Positions 1-8,923 of a stretch of DNA of 64,000 nucleotides are shown here, piece by piece. The stretch is from an uncultured Candidatus Rokubacteria bacterium. GTDB lineage: Bacteria > Methylomirabilota > Methylomirabilia > Rokubacteriales > CSP1-6. A model generated the notes under the pieces. The model made no database searches and had not been told where the DNA came from. It worked only from the letters and a program-made list of their open reading frames with translations. Positions within the stretch are counted from its first letter, which is position 1. Every line of letters starts with the position of its first letter. A program made the position numbers and the translations under genes. Location: NCBI GenBank assembly GCA_963747235.1, contig CAVVEU010000027.1, positions 1-64,000 on the forward strand, in the 5' to 3' direction.

Positions 1-258
1 GTGATGATCGGCGCCGCCGAGTCGGGGTTCGCCGCGATGCAGAGCACCCTGGTGCTGCTCTCGGCGCCGGAAGCGAACCGGGGACGGGCCATGGGCATCC
101 TGTCGGCCTGCATCGGCACCCAACCCGCCGGCACCCTCTGGATCGGCTTCCTGGCCACCGGCATCGGGGTGCCCGCCGCGATGGCGATCAACGGCCTCGC
201 CGCGCTCATCGCCATGCTCCCGGTGGCCTGGCCGCTGGTCCGCCGGGGGCGGGTTTGA
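1..258 (+). CDS. MFS transporter, C-terminal part (truncated by window edge)
   Basis: Hydrophobic helices with APEANRGRAMG, typical of the MFS C-terminal half. Confidence 0.7.
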   Translation: MMIGAAESGFAAMQSTLVLLSAPEANRGRAMGILSACIGTQPAGTLWIGFLATGIGVPAAMAINGLAALIAMLPVAWPLVRRGRV

Positions 259-366
259 CCCGCTATTGACCGGGTTTACGAAGTACCCTAAGTTGGTGGC
301 CGATCGCCGCGATCGCCGGGATGGTCCCGGCCGGTCCCGACCGTTTCCCGTCGCCCAGGAGGGCTC

Positions 367-1149
367 ATGAAGAGGATGCGCGCCGTGCTGGTTCTGATCC
401 TGGTGGTCGCCGTCAGCCTGTCGCTGCCGGGCGCCACCTCGCTCGCTCAGGAAGTGCTCACGAACGACTCCGTGGTCCAGATGGTCAAGGCGGGGCTGCC
501 CGAGGCGATCGTCATCGCCAAGATCAAGGGGACCGCGACCAAGTTCGATCTCAAGACCGACTCGCTGGTGAACCTCAAGAAGGCCGGCGTCTCGGACAAG
601 GTCCTGGAGGCCATGGTCGCGGCCGGCTCCGTCACCGCCGCGCCGACCACCGCGATGCCCGCCCCGCCGGCGCCCGCGGTCGCGGCCGGGTCGATCAAGA
701 ACCAGGACGTGATCTACCAGCTCGTCGGCGACAAGTACGTCGAGATGTTCGCGACCTCGGCCAATCTCGAGACCAACATGGCGTTCTTCCAGAGCAAGAG
801 CGAGGTCGTGCTGGAGGGACGGAAGGCGCAGTACCGGATCAAGGAGAAGCAGCCGGTCTTCCTCAGCACGTACTCCTCGACGGACGCGCCCCTGGTGAAG
901 CTCAAGCCGGGTGACAGCAACAACGATCGCAACCTGAAGATCGGCAGCGGCGCGTTCATGCCCTTCGGCGGCACCCAGAAGATGGGCGTGCGCAACGAGG
1001 ACAAGATCGCGATCAACATCGAGCGCGACGCGCGCGGCTTCTACAAGGTGACGCCGGCCTCTCCGCTCCCGCCCGGCGAGTACGGCTTCATCCTCGCCAC
1101 CGGCTTCGGGGCGGGCTCGGGCAAGATCTACGACTTCGGAGTGGACTAA
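367..1149 (+). CDS. Secreted hypothetical protein
   Basis: AGGAGG SD, signal peptide, LTNDSVVQMVKAGL helical domain, Ala/Pro linker, C-terminal PPGEYGF; strong codon bias. Confidence 0.75.
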   Translation: MKRMRAVLVLILVVAVSLSLPGATSLAQEVLTNDSVVQMVKAGLPEAIVIAKIKGTATKFDLKTDSLVNLKKAGVSDKVLEAMVAAGSVTAAPTTAMPAPPAPAVAAGSIKNQDVIYQLVGDKYVEMFATSANLETNMAFFQSKSEVVLEGRKAQYRIKEKQPVFLSTYSSTDAPLVKLKPGDSNNDRNLKIGSGAFMPFGGTQKMGVRNEDKIAINIERDARGFYKVTPASPLPPGEYGFILATGFGAGSGKIYDFGVD

Positions 1150-1150
1150 G

Positions 1151-2326
1151 ACGGACTCCCGCGAGCCGGCGGGCCCGCTCGAGCGGGCCCGCGCGCTGGC
1201 GCCGCTCCTCGAGGACCTGAGCGAGCGGACGGAGCAGGAGCGCCGGCTCCCCGAGCCGGTGCAGCGGGCGCTCTTCGACGCCTCGCTGTTCCGGCTGCTC
1301 CTCCCTCGCTTCCTCGACGGGGGCGAGGTGGATCCCCTCACGTTCGTCCAGGTCATCGAGGAGATCGCCAGGCACGACGCGAGCGCGGCGTGGTGCCTCT
1401 GCCAGGCCTCCGGCTGCTCCATGACCGCGGCCTATCTCCCGCCGGAGACCGCGCGCGAGATCTTCGGGGCTCCCCGCTCCGTGCTGGCCTGGGGCCCGAG
1501 CAATGACGCGACGGCGGTCGCGGTGGACGGCGGCTATCGCATCAACGGCACGTGGAGCTTCGCCAGCGGCTGCCGCCACGCCACGTGGCTCGGGGGCTAC
1601 TGTCCCATCCAGGAGCCCGACGGCAAGACCCGGCGCCGCCCGGACGGCACCGCCGACGGCCGCACCATGCTCTTCCCGGCCGGGCAGGCCACCATCGTGG
1701 ACGTCTGGCACGTGACCGGGCTGCGCGGCACCGGCAGCGACGCGTTCACGGTGACGGACCTCTTCGTGCCCCACGCGCACTCGGTCTCGCGCGACGATCC
1801 GGCCGAGCGGCGCCACCCCGGCCCACTCTACTGCTTCCCGTCGGGCAGCCTCTACGCGTCGGGCTTCTCCGGGGTGGCGATGGGCCTCGCGCGCAGCAGC
1901 CTCGACGCCTTCATCGAGCTGGCCCGCGACAAGGAGCCGCGCTCCTCCAAGCGCCTCGTGCGCGACAGCGCGCTCATCCAGTTCCAGGTGGCCGAGGCCG
2001 AGGCGAAGCTGGGCGCGGCGCGCGTGTACCTGCACGACACCCTCGGGCGCATCTGGGCCGACGTGAGCCGGTCCGGCCTCCCGCTCAGCGTGGAGCAGCG
2101 GGTGGCCATCCGGCTCGCGTCCACCTACGGCATCCACCAGGCCAAGCAGGTGGTGGACACCGTCCACCACGCGGCCGGGTCGAGCGCGATCTTCACCAGC
2201 AGCGCCTTCGAGCGGCGCTTCCGCGACATCCACACCGTGACCCAGCAGCTCCAGGGCCGCCAGGCCCACCTCGAGACCGTCGGCCGCTACCTGCTGGGCC
2301 TCGAGCCCGACCAGACCTTCTTGTAG
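1151..2326 (+). CDS. Acyl-CoA dehydrogenase-fold flavin-dependent monooxygenase (HsaA/DszC-like)
   Basis: WSFASGC, GLRGTGS and ERRFRDIH motifs. The frame stays open upstream of GTG 1259 (ERARALAPLL...ERRLPEPV); no ATG there, so the start is uncertain. Confidence 0.8.
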   Translation, partial: TDSREPAGPLERARALAPLLEDLSERTEQERRLPEPVQRALFDASLFRLLLPRFLDGGEVDPLTFVQVIEEIARHDASAAWCLCQASGCSMTAAYLPPETAREIFGAPRSVLAWGPSNDATAVAVDGGYRINGTWSFASGCRHATWLGGYCPIQEPDGKTRRRPDGTADGRTMLFPAGQATIVDVWHVTGLRGTGSDAFTVTDLFVPHAHSVSRDDPAERRHPGPLYCFPSGSLYASGFSGVAMGLARSSLDAFIELARDKEPRSSKRLVRDSALIQFQVAEAEAKLGAARVYLHDTLGRIWADVSRSGLPLSVEQRVAIRLASTYGIHQAKQVVDTVHHAAGSSAIFTSSAFERRFRDIHTVTQQLQGRQAHLETVGRYLLGLEPDQTFL

Positions 2327-2503
2327 GCACCCTCCCCCGCCTGGCGAGCCAGGCGGGCCCGGCCGCCGCAGAATTAGGAGCCAAATAATCTCGTGTGTAG
2401 AATGAACGTGAGCCTCGAGCCGGGTCCGGCACACTGGACAGGAGGGCGATATCGCTCGAAACTCGCGACGAAGTTTCGCAGTCTTCCTGCCTGGGGGACT
2501 GCC

Positions 2504-2797
2504 ATGAGCGACATGCCGGCCGAAACCCCCCGTATTGCCCGCGCTTACTGCCCCGCCTGCGAGCCCGACGCCGACACGCTGCTGGAAATCCTCGAAGTGC
2601 AATGGTGCAACGTCCACATGCCGATGCGCGAAGGCCTCGACGACGCCCGCGTCATGTCGGACGCCATGCTGACCGGGAGCGCGGAGGCGGGCGGCGATGA
2701 GAACCGGCGCTGGTGCGACATCATTCATGGCGACAATCGGGCACGGCGGACTCGCACCGCAGCACGCAGCGACCACTCACGCGCGGCAATGTCGTAA
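2504..2797 (+). CDS. Small hypothetical Cys/His protein
   Basis: ATG after GGGGA; YCPAC, WCNVH and WCDIIH motifs. Confidence 0.6.
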   Translation: MSDMPAETPRIARAYCPACEPDADTLLEILEVQWCNVHMPMREGLDDARVMSDAMLTGSAEAGGDENRRWCDIIHGDNRARRTRTAARSDHSRAAMS

Positions 2798-2819
2798 TGC
2801 AAGACCTGACCCTCAGGGG

Positions 2820-3536
2820 TCAGATCAGCGGCCAGGGGTAGCGCAGGCCGCTCTTGTCCACCGGATACTGCCCCGTGCGGAGGAGTCCGCGCGCGCGGCG
2901 CTTGAGCGCGCGCTGCTCGTCGGGATCGAGCAGCGCGGCCAGGGCGGGCGGGAGATCGTCGCCCAGCACGCGGCGCAGATCCTCCTGCAGCGCGGGCGCG
3001 ATCGGCTCCTCGCCGAAGTCCCAGATCACGGTGCGCAGCTTCGGCTCGGCGTGGAAGGTCAGGCCGTTGTCGATCGCGTAGATCCGGTCGTCGGGCACGA
3101 GCAGGCAGTGGCCGCTCTTGCGGTCGGCATTGTTGGCCACCAGGTCGAAGAGACAGATGCGCTGGAGCGTCTCGCGGTGCTCGCCCGACTCCACCAGGGT
3201 GAAGTAGTGCTGGCGGAAATCGGCCGGGACGAAGAGCTGCAGCGACCCTTCGCCCAGCGGGCCGTCGCCGCGCGGCGCGGTCGGCGGCACGAGGCCCCAG
3301 CCGAGCGCCTCGGAGAGCAGGTACGCGGCGATCTCGCGCCGGAAGAGGCCGGGCGGGAAATCCCAGAGCGGCCGCTCGCCCTGCTCGGGCTTGTAGACGG
3401 CCAGGGCGGTGGCGCCGTCGAGGGCCAGCTCCACCAGGAAGGTGGCGTTGCTGCTGCGCGGCATCCGCCCCTTCACCGTGATGTCACCGCGGGCCAGCAG
3501 ATCGAGGGCGATCGCCGGATCCGCTCGCTCCGACAT
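2820..3536 (-). CDS. SCO1664 family PI3/PI4-kinase-like protein
   Basis: SSNATFL, YKP..GERPLWDFP, NNADRKSGH, IDNGLTFH, KLRTVIW, PWPLI. Confidence 0.9.
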   Translation of the reverse strand: MSERADPAIALDLLARGDITVKGRMPRSSNATFLVELALDGATALAVYKPEQGERPLWDFPPGLFRREIAAYLLSEALGWGLVPPTAPRGDGPLGEGSLQLFVPADFRQHYFTLVESGEHRETLQRICLFDLVANNADRKSGHCLLVPDDRIYAIDNGLTFHAEPKLRTVIWDFGEEPIAPALQEDLRRVLGDDLPPALAALLDPDEQRALKRRARGLLRTGQYPVDKSGLRYPWPLI

Positions 3537-3538
3537 GG

Positions 3539-4078
3539 CTAGTGCTTCACGTGCCCATTGGCCCGCGGGCAGACGTGCCCTTCGGGATCCATGGGACGGC
3601 TGCACACCGGGCAGGTCGGGCGTCCCCCCTTCATGAGCTCGTTCGCCCGCTCCACGAAGGCGGCGGCCTGGGCGCGGGTGATGCGGAAGCGGGCCATGGC
3701 GGGGTCGGGCTCGCGCTCGGGCCCGGGCGCGCCCTCCTCCTCCGCCTCCTCCGGCTCGATCAGCTCGCTCGCCTCGACGACCACCCGATCCTGGCTCTCA
3801 TCGTACCCCACCGCGAGCGAGCCCACGTCCCACGCGACCTCGAGCGGCTCGATCAGCTCGGCCGCGCCGCGCGCGGCGCCCGGCGCGGCCTTCACGCGGG
3901 CGAGCAGGCCGCTCACGTACTCGGCGAGCGCGCGCACGTGCTCCTTCTCGACCTTCAAGGTGATGAGGCGGACGCCGTCGCGCGATTGCAGGTAGAAGAC
4001 GCGCTGGCCCGGCGGCCCGACCGCGCCGGCCGTGAAGTGGTCCGGCGAGTCGACCTCGAAGGACGGGTTGTCGCTCAT
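3539..4078 (-). CDS. DUF3090 family protein
   Basis: FTAGAVGPPGQRVFYLQ and C-terminal GRPTCPVC..MDPEGHVCPRANGH. Confidence 0.9.
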   Translation of the reverse strand: MSDNPSFEVDSPDHFTAGAVGPPGQRVFYLQSRDGVRLITLKVEKEHVRALAEYVSGLLARVKAAPGAARGAAELIEPLEVAWDVGSLAVGYDESQDRVVVEASELIEPEEAEEEGAPGPEREPDPAMARFRITRAQAAAFVERANELMKGGRPTCPVCSRPMDPEGHVCPRANGHVKH

Positions 4079-4716
4079 GCCTTGCCCCCGCCGAGCCAGG
4101 TCGTGAGGTCGCCCGCGAGCGAGTTCACGGTGAGGACGGCGGGGCCGCCGCGCCGGTAGGCCACCGCGGTGATGGACGTGGGCGCGATCATGATGCGCTG
4201 GAAGAGGTCGAGCGGGGTGCCGAGGGCCTGGGCCACCGCCGCCTTGATCGGATCGGCGTGCGACACCGCCACCACGATCTGCCCCGGGAAGCGGGCCACC
4301 AGGCGGCCGAGGGCGGAGGTGATGCGCGCCTGCATCTCCGGGAAGGACTCGCCGTCGGGGAACCGGAAGCCGCTCGGATTGCGCTGCACCGTCTCCCACT
4401 CGGGCCGCCGGGCCGCCTGCTTGAGGCTCAGGCCGGTCCACGAGCCGATGTCGAGATCGGCCAGGTCCCGGTCGATGCGAAGCGCGAGCCCGCGGACCCG
4501 GGCGATGGGCGCGGCGGTCTCGCGCGCGCGCTCGAGATGCGAGGAGTAGACCGCGGCGACCTTGGGCAGCGCCTTGATGCGCGCGGCGGCGGCCTCGGCC
4601 TGGCGCCGGCCCTCGTCGGTGAGGTGCAGGCCCGGGGCCTGGCCGGGCAGCTTGATCCCGGTGGTGGGCGTCAGCCCGTGGCGTACGAGCAGGACGACCG
4701 TCGCGGCGTCCGCCAT
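4075..4716 (-). CDS. Histidine phosphatase, MSMEG_4193 family
   Basis: RHG motif, GESF, SHADPIK, LDLFQRI. Confidence 0.9.
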   Translation of the reverse strand: MADAATVVLLVRHGLTPTTGIKLPGQAPGLHLTDEGRRQAEAAAARIKALPKVAAVYSSHLERARETAAPIARVRGLALRIDRDLADLDIGSWTGLSLKQAARRPEWETVQRNPSGFRFPDGESFPEMQARITSALGRLVARFPGQIVVAVSHADPIKAAVAQALGTPLDLFQRIMIAPTSITAVAYRRGGPAVLTVNSLAGDLTTWLGGGKA

Positions 4717-4728
4717 CGGGCGCGCCGG

Positions 4729-6738
4729 CTAGGAAACAGCCCGGCGCTTCGCGCGGACGAAGTCCACCAGCACGTACTCGCCGAGGCGATCGGACGTCGC
4801 GAAGAAGGCGCGGCCGCGATTGATGCGGGTCATCTGCTCGACGAAGGCGGCCAGGGCGTGGCTCTGCTCGAGCATGAACGTGTTGATCGTGATGCCGTCG
4901 CGCGTGCAGCGCTGGACTTCCTTGAGCGTCTCCTGGAGCGTCCGCCGCGTGGGCGGGTAGGCGAACTCGGGCTCGCTCCCCTCCATGTGCGCGGTGGGCT
5001 CGCCGTCGGTGATCATGATCACCTGCTTGTTGCCGCCCTTGTGGCGGGCCAGGAGCTGGCGCGCGAGGAGGAAGCCCGCGTGCATGTTGGTGCCCACGCT
5101 CCACTCGCCGGGGGCCAGGTGGGGGAGCTGGGCCGCGGAGAACTCGCGCGCGTAGAGCGAGAAGCCCACGATGTAGAGGCTGTCGCGCGGGAACTGGCCC
5201 CGGATCAGCGCGTTGAGCGCGAGCGCGACCTTCTTGGCGGGCAGGAAGCAGCCGTTGAAGATCATCGAGCGGCTCATGTCGAGCATGAGCACGGTGGCCG
5301 CGTGGGTCTGGGTCTCGGTGCGCACCACCTCGAAGTCGTCGGGGGCCAGCCGCACCGGGACGCCGGCGCCGTTGCGCTCCACCGCGTTCATCAGGGTCTC
5401 GCGCAGCTCGAGCAGGAACGGGTCGCCGAACTCGTAGGGCTTGGTCTGGTCGGTGCGGTCGCCGCCCGCGCCCCGCCGCTCGAGGGCGTGGCCGCCGAAG
5501 CGGTCGCGCTTGAGGTGCCCGAAGATGTCGCGCAGGGCCTTGTCGCCGATCTTGCGCATCGCCCGCGCGGTCAGCTCGAGCCGGTCGCCCTTCCGCTCGA
5601 GGTAGCCGGCCTCTTCCAGCTTCTTGGTCATCTCGCGCAGGCGCTCGAGGTCGCGCGCCGCCTCCTCGCCCAGGAGCTGCTCGACCTGCTGCGGGTCGAT
5701 CTTCTCGAGGTCGTTGGGGTCGCGCACCTTCTGGATCTGCCGCTCGAGCTCGTCGAGCTGCCGGAGCTCGTCCATCAGGTCCATCGCCTGCTTCATGGTG
5801 AGGTCGTCGTTGCCGCGGAAGTTGTAGCGCTGCCCGTCGGGCGGCGGCATGAGCTGGGAGAGATTCATGCCGAGCTGGCGCAGCTCGGCCTCGAGCCGCT
5901 CGTCCTGCATGAAGAGCGACTGCATCATGTCCTGGAGCTGGCCGCGCTGCCCGGGCGACATGCTCGAGAGCAGCGACTGCATCTGGCCGGCCTGCTGGGC
6001 GATCTGCTCCATGAGCTGGTCGAGGTTCTGGGCGCCCGGAAAGTGATCGCCCCACTTCTGCTTGAAGGCCTCGAAGTCCGGCTCGCGCCCCTCGGCCCGG
6101 TCCTGGAGCATGCGGTTGAGGTCCCGCATCATCTCCCGCATCCGCTCCAGATCCTGGGGGGTCATGTTGCCGAGCTGCTTCTGCATGTTGGAGAGGAACG
6201 GCTGCAGCATCTGCTGCTGCAGGCCCTTCATCAGCTCCCAGAACATGCGGTGCGCATCGGGATCCATGAACTCGTAGTTCTGCAGGCCCTGGATGCGCCC
6301 GGCGGGCGACTCCGGCATCTCGTCGAGCGTCTTCTTGTGCTCGGCGGCCGCCTGCTCCATGCCCTGCCGGAACGATTCGGGCGCCTCGCCCTTCTCGGCC
6401 CGCTCCTTGGCGTCGCCCACCCGCCGCTCGATGCCCTCGCGCTCGGTCTTCAGGATGTTGTCGAGCTTCTGCTTGATGTCGTCGAGCACCGAGGAGAGAT
6501 CGTAGCGGTCGAGCTGCTGCTGGCGCTGCCGGCGCAGCCGGTTCAGCAGATCTTGAAGTCCGGGGAGGTTGGCCCCGTCCGGATTCTTGGCGCCGCGCTG
6601 GAAGAGGCGCCGCAGCGCGCTCCACGGGTCGCCGTCCGACAGGAGATCGTCGGCCATCGCGTCGAGGAGCTGATCGGCGTCGAGATCGTCGAGGCGCTGG
6701 GAGCCGTCCCAGCGCGAGTACCAGCTCAGGGGCGACAC
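4729..6738 (-). CDS. VWA domain-containing protein
   Basis: YSRWDGSQ N-terminus, coiled coil, MIDAS DMSRSM, GTN, ITDGEPT. Confidence 0.9.
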   Translation of the reverse strand: MSPLSWYSRWDGSQRLDDLDADQLLDAMADDLLSDGDPWSALRRLFQRGAKNPDGANLPGLQDLLNRLRRQRQQQLDRYDLSSVLDDIKQKLDNILKTEREGIERRVGDAKERAEKGEAPESFRQGMEQAAAEHKKTLDEMPESPAGRIQGLQNYEFMDPDAHRMFWELMKGLQQQMLQPFLSNMQKQLGNMTPQDLERMREMMRDLNRMLQDRAEGREPDFEAFKQKWGDHFPGAQNLDQLMEQIAQQAGQMQSLLSSMSPGQRGQLQDMMQSLFMQDERLEAELRQLGMNLSQLMPPPDGQRYNFRGNDDLTMKQAMDLMDELRQLDELERQIQKVRDPNDLEKIDPQQVEQLLGEEAARDLERLREMTKKLEEAGYLERKGDRLELTARAMRKIGDKALRDIFGHLKRDRFGGHALERRGAGGDRTDQTKPYEFGDPFLLELRETLMNAVERNGAGVPVRLAPDDFEVVRTETQTHAATVLMLDMSRSMIFNGCFLPAKKVALALNALIRGQFPRDSLYIVGFSLYAREFSAAQLPHLAPGEWSVGTNMHAGFLLARQLLARHKGGNKQVIMITDGEPTAHMEGSEPEFAYPPTRRTLQETLKEVQRCTRDGITINTFMLEQSHALAAFVEQMTRINRGRAFFATSDRLGEYVLVDFVRAKRRAVS

Positions 6739-6745
6739 GCGCGCC

Positions 6746-8140
6746 TCACGCCACCCGGTAGCGCGCCTGCCCGGCCTGCACGTCCTTGTTCAGCTTCTTG
6801 CTGAGGTGCAGGCCCTCCAGCACGAACTCGACGGCCGCGGCCACGCTCGCCGGATCCTGCGCCCCGAGCTTGCGCACCGCGGCCTGCAGCGGGCGCACCT
6901 GGCCGAGGTGCCGGAGGTAGAGATCGGCGGGCATGGAGTCGGAGACCTCGATCTTGAGCCCGTCCTGGAACGCGCCCACCACCTCGTCCAGCTCGCCGGA
7001 GGTGAAGCTGCGGTTGAACACGTTGAGCAGCGCACGCTGCATGATCTTGCCCATGACCTTGTCCTCGGTCGCGTCGCCGAGGCTCTCCATCTCGATCTTG
7101 CCGCCGGTGGAGGCGGCGATGGCGCTGAGGTCGCTCACCCGCGGGGCGGCCACCGCCTCGCCGAGGCGAATCGCCCGCTTCACCGCGTTCGACAGGAGGT
7201 TCTCGTAGTTGCAGATCGTCACGCGCACCGACACCCCGGAGCGCTGGCTGATCTCGGGCGAGCGGCGGGCGAGGTGGGTGACCTCGGCCACGAGCTGCTT
7301 CATGAACTCCGGGCTCCGGGTCTCGAGTCCCGCGTCGACGTAGGTGGTGCGCTCCGCCTCCATGATCGCGATCTCGTCCTCCACCCGCCGGGGGTAGTGG
7401 GTGCGGATCTGCGAGCCGAAGCGGTCCTTGAGCGGGGTGATGATGCGCCCGCGGTTGGTGTAGTCCTCCGGGTTCGCGCTCGCCACCACGTAGAGGTCGA
7501 TCGGCAGCCGCACCTTGTAGCCGCGGATCTGCACGTCGCGCTCTTCCATGATGTTGAGCAGGCCCACCTGGATGCGCTCGGCCAGGTCGGGCAGCTCGTT
7601 GAGCGCGAAGATGCCGCGGTTGGTGCGGGGCAGGAGCCCGTAGTGGATGGTGAGCTCGTCGGAGAGGTAGCGGCCCTCCGCCACCTTGATCGGATCCACC
7701 TCGCCGATCAGGTCGGCGATCGTGATGTCCGGGGTGGCGAGCTTCTCTCCGTAGCGCCGGTCGCGCGGGATCCACGCGATCGCCGCCTTGTCTCCCTGCT
7801 CGCCGACGCGCTGGCGGCACGCCGAGCAGATCGGGGCGAGCGGCTCGTCGCTGATCTCGCAGCCGGCCAGCGCGGGCATCTCCTCGTCGAGCAGCCCGAC
7901 CAGGAGGCGGGCCATGCGGGTCTTGGCCTGGCCGCGCTCGCCCAGGAAGACGATGTCCTGGCCGCTCAGCACCGCGTTCTCGATCTGGGGCACGACGGTC
8001 TGCTCGTAGCCCACGATGCCGGAGAAGAGGCTCTCGCCGCGGCGCAGGCGGGCGATCAGGTTGTCGCGCAGCTCCTGCTTGACGGAGCGGGACACGTACC
8101 CGCTGTCGCGCAGCTCTCGAATCGTGGTCGGCTTCGCCAT
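6746..8140 (-). CDS. AAA+ ATPase, Mg-chelatase ChlI/MoxR-like
   Basis: Walker A GERGQAKT, LNELPDL, ANPEDYTNRGRIITPLKDRFG. Confidence 0.9.
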   Translation of the reverse strand: MAKPTTIRELRDSGYVSRSVKQELRDNLIARLRRGESLFSGIVGYEQTVVPQIENAVLSGQDIVFLGERGQAKTRMARLLVGLLDEEMPALAGCEISDEPLAPICSACRQRVGEQGDKAAIAWIPRDRRYGEKLATPDITIADLIGEVDPIKVAEGRYLSDELTIHYGLLPRTNRGIFALNELPDLAERIQVGLLNIMEERDVQIRGYKVRLPIDLYVVASANPEDYTNRGRIITPLKDRFGSQIRTHYPRRVEDEIAIMEAERTTYVDAGLETRSPEFMKQLVAEVTHLARRSPEISQRSGVSVRVTICNYENLLSNAVKRAIRLGEAVAAPRVSDLSAIAASTGGKIEMESLGDATEDKVMGKIMQRALLNVFNRSFTSGELDEVVGAFQDGLKIEVSDSMPADLYLRHLGQVRPLQAAVRKLGAQDPASVAAAVEFVLEGLHLSKKLNKDVQAGQARYRVA

Positions 8141-8167
8141 GAGGGCTCCCTTTGCTGTGGTGGGCTC

Positions 8168-8196
8168 ACTATGCGGCGGGCGCTGGCCGCTGTCAA
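8168..8196 (-). promoter_or_regulatory. Sigma70-type promoter for the AAA+/VWA operon
   Basis: Minus strand TTGACA (8196-8191), 17 nt spacer, CATAGT (8173-8168). Confidence 0.65.
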
Positions 8197-8208
8197 TCCG
8201 AGCACAGC

Positions 8209-8237
8209 TTGACACGCGGCGGGAGGCCGGTCAGGAT
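8209..8237 (+). promoter_or_regulatory. Sigma70-type promoter for the RAPP leader (likely leaderless)
   Basis: TTGACA (8209-8214), 17 nt spacer, CAGGAT (8232-8237), ATG 6 nt downstream. Confidence 0.65.
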
Positions 8238-8243
8238 CAGCCC

Positions 8244-8541
8244 ATGCCGATGGGACCGGGCGGGGCGCGGTGGTGCCGGCTCCTCCTGATCGTCCTGCTC
8301 GTGCTGCCCATTCCCGCGGCGATCGGCATGTACGCCGACGACGGCTGGATGGCCGTCTCCGACCCCGCCGAGAGCGACGAGAGCCGGCTCCGTATCGCCG
8401 CGGGCGTGCTGCCCGACTCCGCGTGGATCCTGCCCGCGCCCACGTCCGCTGGCGGCGGGCCGTCCCGTTCGCCCGCCGACCCCGATCGTCGCCGGCTGGA
8501 CCTGTCTCACCCCGCCCGACCGCGCGCCTCCTCGCGCCTGA
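8244..8541 (+). CDS. Putative RAPP-motif ribosome-arrest leader peptide (one frameshift)
   Basis: N-terminal hydrophobic segment RLLLIVLLVLPIPAAIG in frame 3; Pro-rich tail ...TPPDRAPPRA* in frame 1. Confidence 0.6.
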
Positions 8542-8604
8542 TCGTTTCGCGCGCTCCGTTCCCGTCGCTCGATTCATTCCCATTCACGCGAGGAGACCCA
8601 AGAC

Positions 8605-8859
8605 ATGAAGACCATTCTGCTGACGATCACCGCGCTCGGATTTGCCGTTTCGCCCGCAATCGCCAATGAGTGCCCCCTGCTGCACAAGCAGGTGATGGCC
8701 GCCGCCGAGTACCGGCTGGACGACGCCGCCTACAAGGCGAGGATGATGGCCGCCGAGGGTGACGCCCTCCACAAGGCGGGCAAGCACGCCGAGTCCGCGG
8801 CCAAGTACGACGAGGCCGCGAAGGCGATGGGCATCACGCTCACCCACAAGCCGCACTGA
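8605..8859 (+). CDS. Small secreted helical Cys/His protein, possibly metal-binding
   Basis: AGGAG SD, signal peptide, mature N-terminus NECP, EGDALHKAGKHAES, C-terminal HKPH. Confidence 0.8.
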   Translation: MKTILLTITALGFAVSPAIANECPLLHKQVMAAAEYRLDDAAYKARMMAAEGDALHKAGKHAESAAKYDEAAKAMGITLTHKPH

Positions 8860-8923
8860 GCCACCCCGGAAGCCAGCGACGCGCCCCGGAAGCCGATCGG
8901 GCCCCGGGGCGCGCTGTCTCGCC

